A stretch of DNA of 53,774 nucleotides from an uncultured Planctomycetales bacterium (lineage in GTDB: Bacteria > Omnitrophota > Gorgyraeia > Gygaellales > Profunditerraquicolaceae). The notes below the pieces were generated by a model. The model was not told the DNA's origin. It worked only from the letters and a program-made list of their open reading frames with translations, and made no database searches. Location of the stretch: positions 1 to 53,774 of the forward strand of contig CAYHAI010000102.1 of NCBI GenBank assembly GCA_964354585.1, read 5' to 3'. This document shows positions 27,001 through 39,000 of the stretch, in pieces; the first letter of the stretch is position 1, and each line of letters starts with the position of its first letter. A program made the position numbers and the translations under genes.

Positions 27001-30000
27001 CTTGCGGCGGCTGGGGATGGGGCGGAGCCTGAGATTCCTTATGTGCTGCCGACTGGCTATCCTCTTTCCTAATATGCGCGTTGGCTACATCGGTCTCACC
27101 TGAGGCAATCTTCCTCTCTAACTCCAGCAGGGCCACCAATGCCTCCATCAGCATCACATCAATCTCGGTGTGGCCGGCTAAGATAGCAACATTGAAGTTG
27201 GACGAGCAACTTTCGCTTATTCTTTCCCACATCGTCCTGATTTGCTGCGATTTATCAATCAGTTTATCTTTTGCCTCTTTTACCTTTTCCTTGTCTTTTG
27301 AAGCAAGCCGTATGCTACAATAGGAGCGTTCCTCTTCACTAAGCGCATTCCAGACGCTTTCCAAAAGTTCTAAGTGGGGCTCAATTTCTTTCATACGATT
27401 AAATGTCTCTTCTACTTTATCGCTCAATCGTTTCAAGACGTATGTTTTTTCACCTAATTGCGGGACAAATCCTATACAATGGCTATGCAGATATTCGTCT
27501 AAACTTGCGCGTTCGGCCTTAAATTGTTCTTTTAGCGCAGGAGCAAAATATACATTCTCAATAATCATTTCAATAATACGCTCTTTGTCAAAATTATTGA
27601 GCGCGTAATTATAAAGTTTGAGCACCCAGCTGTTTGGCCCATCCTCTGAGAAATAATTCAATATCTCTTGTTGCGCCTCCAAATCTTGATTCTTGAAATG
27701 GAGCACGCTGTTATATATCGCTACCAATTGCCTGATACCTGAATTACTCTCCACTAACGGTAAGAGGCTCTCCCCTACTTCATGGAAACTGATTAAATGC
27801 TCTAGAAGATAAAGATATTCTAAGGCCTGCTCAGCTAATTCCAGCGTCTTACCCTTTAAAGCCGCTAATTTATCTCCTGCCTTTGCCGGTAAAACCTTAA
27901 TACTATCTATACAAAGCAATTTCCAGGAAGGTAATTTATCTAAAATGGGCTGAATCATGTCTGCAAATCTCCAAAGGCCCTCTATGCGTTTTCTGCTTGT
28001 AGGAAGGCCATCCGAAGCAGCCCACTCTGAATCAATCACCGTCACCAATGTCCCGGATTCAATCCAACGGCTCTGCGCTATTGAAACAGGCTCTTCCATT
28101 AAGATATGGCCAGAAGCTTGGGACGGTTCTGGATTGGTAGTCGTTATTGCAAATGGTTCTACAATGCCAAAGACTTGATAAAAGGCGGCGATTTCTTTAA
28201 CTGTAGCCTTTTTAGCCAATTGGAAATCTTGGCGCGCTGCTAAAAGCATCTCGGCTAAAAACTTATCCCGCTCTTTTTCTGGGATAAGCCTGGCGCGGGT
28301 AATTTGACGCTTTAACAATCCTACTATAACTTCTAAGATTTTTTCACGTTTATGTTTCTTGAGATTGGGAATGAGGCGGCCAAAGTGGTCAACCTTGATG
28401 ATTAAAAGGATAGTGCCAGCAGCCTTAAAGCAGGCAGAGCGTTCGGAAAGGAAAACCGTCTTGCGCAGGATGGCTTGCCAGTAGCGCGGCGCGCCGCGCA
28501 CAAGATTATTATCTCTTGCCCAGTCGCGGAAGACCTTGTTAAATACTGCTTGGTCATCAGCATAACCCTTAATCTTTCCTAAATGCACTTGGTTGCTAAA
28601 AGTGCTATAAATGGTCATAAACTGGGCTACTTTGCGCGACTCCTCCACAATATTACAGATTAAATTCAACTTTTCTAAGATTTTATCTTTCTTCTTTTGC
28701 TCCTGAGTCGAAAGCCCTGTGGTAAAAAGAAGCCCTGGCTGGATAGTGAGTGTTAATTCCTCAGCCAATTTGCCGGAGTCGATAATTTTACTGCGCACGC
28801 CCAGAAAATCGGGTTCGCTCAAATAGGGTAGCTGAATAAATGCTTTTAAATTATCCGCGGCTGTTTTCATCGCCTCGGGCGCCTCTTGCGTCAATAATGC
28901 CTCGCGGATATTTCTAGCCGCATCATAAACCTGGTCAAATCTATTGGCGCCAATTTGGCGCAGTCGTAAACGCAGATGCTCTAAATAGGCCAGTTCACTA
29001 TCTATCTGGTGTAAACGCACCTCCGCAAAGGGGAGACTAACTTCTAAACTGCTCAGCGCAGTTTTAAGATAACGCACTTTCATTAAATCTAAGGCGGTCT
29101 CCAGTTCCCGACGCATATCTTTCTTCGCTTCTACTCTTTTGCCTTTTAAAGAAGAAGTCAGCGCTTCTATTCTCTGGGCAATCTCTTCCAGCTCTCCGGG
29201 CTCATCCGTATCCACCAGCGGCGCTAATTGCGTACTAAGCGCGTTTATTTCTTGGGCTAATTTCTGCGTGTTTAAGTAATCTTTGGCTAAACCGGCAAAA
29301 ATCTTATCCAGAATGCGCTGCCAGCGGTATAACGTCCGAGTTTCTGGCTGCGCTTCTGGAACCGAGGCGCCCGTCTTTCTTCTATATCTACCCATCCAAA
29401 TCGTAATCTTACCGTCTTTTCTCTGCGTAATCTTGGCCCTGCTTTTCTTGCGCTCCAGACGTTCGTCTAACAACTGCTTCCTCTGCTGCGCAAAGGTATG
29501 CGAGAGACCTTTGAAAATCCACAAGGCGGCCATCTCATTTTTTTCTTTGATATACCTTAAGATTTCTCCGGCGCGGGTGATTCTACTTTTGCGGATAGCT
29601 CTTTTCAGTGCCCCCAGGCTTATCTGCACTACTTGGCCGCTGAATCTCTGATAAGCTAATCTAGTCAAGCGCTGTTGTAACTTTCTGATTTCTTCGTATT
29701 TGGCTTTAGCCCGAGCTTCTCGGGGTAGAACGGTCTGGCGGTAAAATAATCTCTTAGTCGAACGTTCTTTTTGTCCGCCCGCCCCGCCCCGCCGATGCGC
29801 CCGTGGACAATCCTGCGCCCCCGCCGCCAACCGCTGCCTAAGCTGCTCGGCGACTTGGGTGAGGGTGAAGCCCTGGGTGGCCATATCCTTGTATATATAA
29901 TCGGGCTGGGAATAGCTATCTTTTTTATCGACTAATTTCTTTAAAATCATATAGCCAAATGTAGCCATATATTCTTCAAAATCAGAGAAATGTGGTTTTA

Positions 30001-33000
30001 AGGCATCCATAGATTCTTCTGCCCTTTGACCTTGCTTTATATTTGTTGCAAGAGACTTTATATGCTCTACCACATACATTTGTATAGTAATGAGATGTAT
30101 ATGACGGATCATCTGAACTACATCGCTGAACTTAATTTTATATTTATCTTCTAACTTAATTAATACACCGAACTTAGCTACAACTGTCTCCCATTGTTGA
30201 ATTTCTTTTATATTCCTATCAAAGTCAGCGTATCTATATAAACTTTGTAGAGCTTCATCATCCACTTTTCCTGTTAAGTCTTTAATCTTTATATATAAAA
30301 TATAATTAGCAAAAAACACCATCGTCGCAAACATCTCGCATACCAACGTCCTCAACTTCTCACAAAGCCTTGTCTGGAATTTCGCCTTCTCGTATTTCTC
30401 CAAAATCCCCGCCGCCTCATCCATAAACATCACCCGTATCAACTCCTCGTCCTTCGTCCTTCGTCCTTCGTCCTTCGTCCTCAACGCTTCTCTCAAAATC
30501 TCCAGCGCTGTCTCAAGATTCACCACATTCCCCCCAAAATACGCCCACAAAGGTAAGACCTCTTCCATAATCCTTCTGGCGGCCTCCTGAATATCTATCT
30601 GGCCTGCTTTCAGGGCATCGTAAATATTCACAATCGCCGTATCCACCTCTTCCTCTGAGCCAACCAAAGGTGCAGTGGGGTATTGTACCTTGGTGTTTGG
30701 AACATAGAGATAGGCATCCACCAGATTGGCAAAGCCGGCTCGCTTGGACATCTGCTGTAACGAATTCAAATTCTTGAAGACCAGGGTTACCTCTAAGGGC
30801 GGCTTGAGCCCTTGGCGCCTCATTTCTACCAAGAAACGGCTGATCTGAAGCCAATTACCTTGCAAAATCTCTGCCTTGGTTTTCTTCCATGACTCGGTTA
30901 GCGCTGTGCACTGCTGTCGGGAAACTGGAGTTTTGGAGACCGCAATAAGCTGGGCAATAAATTTTTCCGCAGACAATGTCCAGAGCTTCAGTGGATCCAA
31001 CAGTGAGTCAATTACAGTCTGAACCTCTGGGTTTAGCTCAAGGAAAAAGTTTCGGTCTAAGATGGCAATTTGATTGTCTTTCGTTACCCGGAAGTTGCCC
31101 ACGTGGACATCGGAATGTGCCGTACCTCGTTTTAGTTGCTGGACATAATTTTTCACGATGAGGCTTACAATCTGCTTCATATCGTGGCCCTGTTGCAAGA
31201 GCGTCTCCCACTGGGTTAGATTTTCACCTTCTACATATTCTTCGCGCATAAAGTAGCGACTGGCCGGACCCCGTGATTGTGGCACTGTCAACTGATAAAT
31301 AAAGCCGGGTGCGGTAAACCCATTGTTTTGACTTCGAAACACTGCGTCCTTGCGTAGGAAGTCCTTAAAGTTTACGTCGCGCTTAATCCACTCCTTAAGG
31401 TCATCCAAGAGTAAGAGGGCTATGTCGTACTTGCGACCGTATAGACGTTGCAATTCCGTCAGCACTTCCTCAATGTAGCGGACATTGGTCTCCAAAAGAA
31501 ATTCTAAATTAGGATTTAATACCTTAAGGGCTTCGCTCTTTTCGTCAACCTTAGTCGCCTTATACACGGTCATCAGCGAGCCACCGCCAACTCGCTCCTC
31601 AATTCGCGCGACTTCCTGCCAGAATCCAGACCACTCCCGCTCCAACAGAGCAAGTGCGGCTAATTTGCTCTGACCATACACCTGATCAAACACCTTGCTA
31701 AAGACACCCTGTTCCTCGTCGGAGAGTTGCACGAATTGGGGCAAAAGCTGCAAAAACCGCACACCTACCGAACCAATGCGTTGCGCCACCTCAACCGCAA
31801 ACTCAAGTGGCGACATCACTGGCGCCTCTTGGCTGGGCGCGGCCACGCCTCTGGCCACTAACTGGGAACGCAAAAGCTCCTCGCCATACAGAAGCCACTC
31901 TCCCTCATAACGCCAAGATTGCTTTTGATGTTTTTTGATCTTTTCTGCCAACTCCTCAAGCGTGAGTGCGCCACGGCCTCTCATCAGCTTGAACAGAAGT
32001 GAGAAATCTGCCAGCTCGACCCAGCCATCAAGCACTCCCCCCCAGCCAGATAAGCGTTCAGGTGGAATGGCAATCCGGTCAGCCAAAATCTGCTGAAGCG
32101 CAAAATACAACGGCTTCCACGACTCTATCGTTCCCATAGCGCTAACCAGCTCCTGGATTATTCCCAGAAGGCCTGATTTACTCTGTGTGTCCACAGTCCG
32201 TTCCACTAATCCTTGCAAAAATTGTCGGCGCTTGCTCGGTTGAGAGAGCAAACCGGTGTCTCCGGTCAAAAGCTTCCTCAGGAGCGCATACTTGGCGCTG
32301 GTATCCATCCGCAATATCAAGGCCTCGCACTCCTCGACAAGTTGAATTCTCTTATTGACGAGCTTAATCACCTCGGTGTCTTTATCCATTGTAGATTCTC
32401 TCTCAGCTAATACATCTATATTTGAGATGGTCTCATAGAGCACTGCTTTGAGCGCCGCATCATCATCCCAAGACCTAAGCAAGGCCATCAGGAATTCATG
32501 CCACTTCTCTTCTTCTAAGTTCGCATTGCTTAAGATAGCAGCCAGGCCAAGTTCTCGGCTGCCCTCGCAGAACAAAGTATCAAGTGACTCTACTAACCTG
32601 CGCTGTGTTGTATGGAGTTCTTCCTGCGTGCGTGCGTCCTGCTCAATAAACTCGTGGAAGCGACGCAGGTCAAATAACTCCGCGCCATCGCGCTTGAAGA
32701 GCGCATCCAACTTCTCATTAAATGTCAGGGTTGGCCAGAGACGTGCATAGTAATATGACTGAAGCTGAAGTCTAAGGAAGGGGTCATTAACCACTGACAC
32801 TACCCGGCCAAGCTGTGCCAGTGCCTCGCGTTCGGGTGCTTCTGGTAGGGCCAACCACAACTGACTTAAGATGTGGCCAAACGCCTTGCGCTCCTCTGCC
32901 ATAATTTTAACTACCGGCACCCCCAGAGACTCCAATTGTTCAAGGTGAGCAAAAAACTCCTGCCAATTAGAAAATCTGGCGATATGCTGTGCTAAGATTT

Positions 33001-36000
33001 TTGCAAAGAGCGGCTTAGTAATCGCCGCCGCAGAAATTACAGCCTCGGCATCAAGAGAAAAATCAAGTTGCGCATCGCCAGAGAAAACTGGATAAAAGTC
33101 AGCGATTTCCTGGTCAGACCACTGTGGTTCAAGACATCTTCTTTCCACTGATTGCAAAAGCCGATCCAAATAGGTTCGGTCGCTGGAGGTAATCATACTG
33201 ATATATCGCAGCTCCTTGTCCTCTACGTTCGTCTCATCTATTGAGAAATAATCTCCTCCTTCTTGTCTTGCCAACGTTGATAGCTCTTGAATTACTAACC
33301 TTCTTTGTTCATCTTGGCCGAGTTTCGCAATATGATAACGCGAAGATGGCATAATATAGATTAGTGTGACTAAGCCTCTAAACAGCCAAGCCTGCTTCAG
33401 GGGTTCAGAGAACGAAATAAACTGTTCCCAGGCCCTCAAAGCACACTCATACAGCCGAAATAATACATAACCTTGCAAGCGCGAGCGAACCTCTAATCTG
33501 TCTTGTTCGTGCTCCAACAAGACCACCTTTTCATACTCATTTTTTGCCTTATCAGCAGCGTCAATCTCAGCTGTAACTGACATGAGCTTCTCTGATGTGT
33601 CAAAATAATCTGCCAGCGCAATGTCGTTAAAGAAAGCAATAACTTCCTTAGTGCTGCGATTATGCAGATACTCTTTCATCTCCTGCAAAATTTTTCGGTA
33701 GTCTGCTTGTTGATATGGCCTGCCAAAAGCGACTTTGCCGCGCAGTTGTTGAGCAAAGTCCTGCGCCCGCGCGTCAATTTTTTGGCGTTTCCACCAACAA
33801 GGCGCCTCTGCCTGCCTTGACTGGGTAGATACTGCCAGGCGCCTGCCTTCTTCTGTTGCCTCTACCTTCTGTTTGGCAAATTCAAGTAAGTCTTTCTGCG
33901 ACTCAAGCACGGCATAGAGCCGCTCTATCGTCCGCTCAAAAACTTCATCTACCTGCTTAGCCTCAATTCCTTGAGCGGCATAGAGCGCTCTGAAACTTGT
34001 GGCTAAGGTATGGGCCAAGTTTATATAACGTTCAATATTGGGCTGTGTTGGTTTTGTATTCAGCGCTAGTTGCATGATAAGCCATTGCGCCAGACGCTTG
34101 GCCAGTTTATTCGGCAGAATAGCTATTGGCGGAACAGCCAGCCCCTGAAACTCCGCAGAGCGCAGAACCTCGCTCATAGCCCCAACATCTTCAGGATGAA
34201 CCAAAAGTGCCTCATCTGCTTTGCGTCGTGTTTCTAACGCCTCCACAGCAGCCACCAGCTTCCCTGCCTTTTTCCTCGGCTGAAACCACGCAAGCCCCGC
34301 GTGCAACTCATAAAAGAGCAGCCTGGCTAATCCTCGCTGTTTGGAATTTGACCAGTTCAGTTCGCAAAAAAGTTCCTCATCTACTCGCCCAGCCAAACAT
34401 TTGAGAATTGTTTGGTTGACGCTCTGGCGATTACCCTGTTGTTCTGGTTTGACGAGTTGGATAAGAGCGCTAAGGGCAATGCCCAGTTGTCTGGTGGGCA
34501 GTTCCTTGGCAATGTTCAACCGCCGCTTCTGGACGGTTTCATACTGATTCCCCTGGATAAATTTGGGAACCTCGCCTCCAAAGTAGACTTGGTCAAAGGG
34601 AATCGCCGCAAGTTGTTTTTTAATCTGTTCTGGAATCTCTCCGCCCAATTCGCTGGAGAGCGTATCTATATCAAAGAAGTAGAATAGGCTTTCAATATTC
34701 AGCGCCCGGTCCTGAAGCGCCCCATGCGCCAAATCAGACCCCTTGATTCTGCCCGGCTCTTTCTTAAACTGCTCTAACCGAGTGAAGTAGACGACCCGAG
34801 CAAGGGGGTTGACCTGAAATTTACCAAACTCTCCAAACATCCAGCGCAGGTCAGCCTCATATTCAAGCGCACGTTGAACGCCAATAACTTGCAAAATCGC
34901 CTCAATGGTCTCGCGAATATTAGCAGTGGACTCTCTTAGTTTTCCTTCAAGTTGCTCTGCGACCTTCGCATGCTCTCGTTTATGATGCACTACCTCATGC
35001 ACCAACACCGCCTTCAGCTCCTCGCGATACTTCACAAACCCCAGTAACCCTGATGCCACCAGAATGGTTCCATCAGGCAAGACAGTAGCATTAATCTCCC
35101 GCCACTCCGGTAAGACATATAGAGAGTAGTTTGTGTCCTGCTCACCAAGAGCTTCTTTCAGCGCCTCCCGCGCATAGACCGTTACTGGATGCTCATCGGA
35201 GAGCCTTCCATATTTGAAGAAAAACCATTCCCTCATATAGGCACTAAGCCGATGATATCTCGCCTGCCCCTCGGCCTCAGCATTTGCCACTAACCGCTGC
35301 CTAAGGTCTTCGGCGACTTGAGGGCTGGGGACGCGGCAAGACTCATCAAACACACTTTTTAGTTCTTCTTTTTCCTCATCGCCTTTTACCAAATGAGAAA
35401 TAATTTTCAGAATATTTTTATATGCCCTATGTCCTGCGATATCTGTGATTTTTCTCATTCCATGAAAGTGCACATCTGTCAATACAATATCTCCATTACT
35501 TCTGACTCTAATATGTTCTTCGTCATCTAAATCCGTAACATCGGGCTCAATATTTAAGTCGCTCATTTTTCTTACCAACGTACCTAGTTTTTTAATAAGC
35601 CCTTTTCTTCCTTGATTATCTAAGTCCCAAAATGCTGATTGTATGTTGTATTTAATAAATTCTTCAATAAAATACCAGATACCCGTTCTCTTATCAAGAA
35701 TATGGCCGATGGGAATAGCCATAATTCCCTCCCCTGATAAAGGTAAATTTATATCATACTCAAGACTGCCTACTGCTTCTCCTTCACATTTCAGAACACA
35801 TGAGTTCGTAAGGAAATGGGCTCTTCCTTTCCAATATTCTCTTACCGCTCTAAGCGCTTCTAAATTTTTGACAACGTAGCAGGGTTGGTTTCCTACTGAG
35901 CCTATAAAACAAGGTACTATTTTCCCTAAAGTGGATATTTTACCTTCCAGGCCCAGTTCTCTTTCAAAATTCTGCCTGATTTTTTCTACGCCCATCTCCT

Positions 36001-39000
36001 TATCAACCTCTGCTGGCGAGCCAGTGTGGGGTTTGGGTATGGTGGTAACTGGTTGTATCTTCTCAGCCTTATAAACCGCATAAGCTCTTAGCTCATCTAA
36101 GTTTCCAGGAACCATACTAAAATCGCTTATATCTATTTGCGGTTGTGGTTTAAATTGAACGCCTAATTCTTTTCCCAGGTTTAAGAGTACTTCATCTAAA
36201 TAATATAGGTCTTTTGCAATAAAGGCGATATCATTTGGGTTTTTAGTTCCTTTAAATACAGTGATAGGAAATGCAGCGGGAGCATTGACAAAAATATAGC
36301 CACCATCAAGATTTAAACGGCTTACAATAGGTTCTATCATCTTTTTTATCTTAGACTCAAAATACCTCTTTGCATTATTTTCAACAACTTCAATGTCTGA
36401 ATGTGAAATATCAAGATTTAGCCTAAACCTTAATAAAGCTGCTAATTTGTCATCTCCAAATACATCTGTAACTTCCTGTATAACAGCTAATAATGTTATG
36501 TAATCAAATTTTTTATCTTTTATAGCATCATAGGAAACAAAAATACTTATTTTCTGCTCAAGGGCAAACACTTTATACAGTTCCTTTTGCTCCTCTATTA
36601 CAGACTCATCTATATCAATAACGTTAGTTTTAAGCCCCAGTTTAGCAAGTAAAATTGGCAGATAGTCGTTCCTGCCTGGACCTATAACCAGGGCGCTTTT
36701 ATCCTTTATCAATCCCATACCTGATACTTTTTGAGCAATTTGATGTTTCGTCTCATCATCAAATATAACTTTTCCTGAAATTCTATTTATATCATCAACA
36801 ACTGCTTTGACTTCTTCCTGAGTTATGGGCTTGGATATTCCACTGCCAAAAAGCCGAAACTCACCATTCCCCCAGAAAAGCTGGCGGGTTTCTATATAAT
36901 ATTGCGCTTGCTCAGCTGATATCCTCAAGGTTGGAGGCATTCCTGAAGAGGCCATATTGTTTATCACTTCAACGCAAAATCCATCTTGACGTGAAAGTGG
37001 TTGTATGTTATAGTTTCTTTGCTTAAGGAGGTGCTTTAAATGACTAAAGATAATGGAATGGATATTAGGATCAGAGATTATATCAGCTGTGACCCCGCTA
37101 TCTGTGGAGGAGATCCAGTCTTCAAAGGAACTCGTATCGCCGTTTACCTTGTACTGGACCTGATTGAAGGGGGAGTCAGCATCCAAGAGATTCTTAACCG
37201 CTATTATTCTCAATTGTCGGAAGAGGCAATCAGGGCGGCTCTGCATTATGCCAGCGAACTTATTAAGAGGTCTGAGTTCATCCCTTTCAACCCTGTAGAG
37301 GCGTAGAGTGCGGTTCCTTATTGATGAAAATATACCTAAGGAATTGGCTTCCTGGCTTAAAGAAAGAGGACACCTTATATTTTGCGTTGCCAAGGGAACA
37401 CCTGATGAAAAAGTAGCCGCGCTTACAAAACAACAAAAGTCTATACTCTTAACCCAAAACAGGCATTTTGCCAACTCTTTAAGGTTCCCTCCTCGTGATT
37501 TCCCAGGAATCATCAGAATTAAAATCCATCCTTCATATATTGGAGATATTACTTTTTCTTTAGAAAGACTATTTACCGAATTTACTGAAGAAAAACATTT
37601 CAAAGGCAAACTTATTATTTTAGAGAAATACGGATTCTTTAAACTTAAAGAATAGCTTTGCGTTGGCTTCTGCTTATCCCGCCCCTTCTTCCCCAGCCCG
37701 CCCAGATGCGCCATTTGTGTGCCGCCCATGTTCCTGCCATTTAGATTTTGGTCATCCGGTCCCCGACAACCGGGAAGTTCGGAGATGTGGGGCGGGGTAT
37801 TTTGAGGCTTTGCCCCAAGTTCACCCAGACCTTGAGGAGAATAGACAAAGGCAAACTTAGTGGTACGAAGAACGTCCGGGTAAATGTCATTAAATGCATC
37901 CTTAAAACTTAATAGTTGAAAATCTGATAGTATTTCCCAAGCTGCCGCTGCCTCAACTCCGAAAGATAATGTAGAGCCCCTAAATAAACACTTCATATCA
38001 TCTAGGTCTAATATAATAATGATTAATCCTTTTTCAGCTATTACCTCTTTTGCTATGTGGATAAAATTAGACAAAGTATGTGGACTTGGCGCAAAGATTG
38101 TAATTAAATCTAAATCATATTTGTCACTCCCTTTTACTTTTAAATCATTAACATCAAAAAATGTTACAGGTCGGTTATCTTCTCGGGCAGCTATAACAGG
38201 CTCGAGCAAATTCTCTATTCCAAAGTAATCTACCTCTATGAAATTTCTCTTCAATAACTCCTGCATCGTGAGTGTGGGCCGGCCAGAGCCTGCTCCAAAA
38301 TCAAGCCCACAAATACTCTCTTTGCCAGCAAAGAAATCACATATAAACTTTTCGAAAGAGTCTAGTTCTACTATATTCTGCTTTGAGTCCTTCTCCAACC
38401 GCTGCCTAAGCTGCTCGGCGACTTGGGCGAGGGTGAGGCCTTGCATGTGTAACATTTTTGCGATTTCCTCTTTTCGTACAGGCCCATAATTTTCAGGTTT
38501 GTCGGTTAGATTATGCAAACTCATATAACCAAATACGGCTAAATCTTCTTCAAGATTAGATAACCCGTCTTTCAAAAGCTTTACTGTCTCTTCTTGCGAC
38601 TCGTCCCACTTAAACAAAGACATTGTTTTGGTATCTTTAAAGAATGCTAGTATTCCATGTTTATGAAGTAGGACGTCATACATAGCCACTGCCCTATCCG
38701 ATAATTTCCCAAAACGATTTAAACTCTCTAAGAACTTCTCCCATTGTTCTCTCCCTTCAATAGAATACAAAAATGCAATAAGGCCTTTTGGGCCTTCTTT
38801 TTTAGTTAATTTAATTTCAATGTTTCTGCTTAATTCAATAATTTCTCTTTTAATATTATTAAACCAATAGTAACAAGAAAAGAAACTGAGTGCCGCCAGC
38901 CTGCGATAATTAAACCTCTCTAATTCCTCAAATAGCTTTGTCTGTTCTTTCTCATCCTTATACCTCTCCAAAATCCCTATCGCCTCTTGCATAAACACGA

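Noticed and set aside
13264-36955. Treating each module as an independent gene starting at its in-frame ATG
   Set aside because: There is no stop codon at any preceding module end and no SD before any module ATG, although the plus-strand genes show that SDs are used. One paralogous start has ACG instead of ATG. This is kept as a hypothesis to test, but it is not supported by the sequence.
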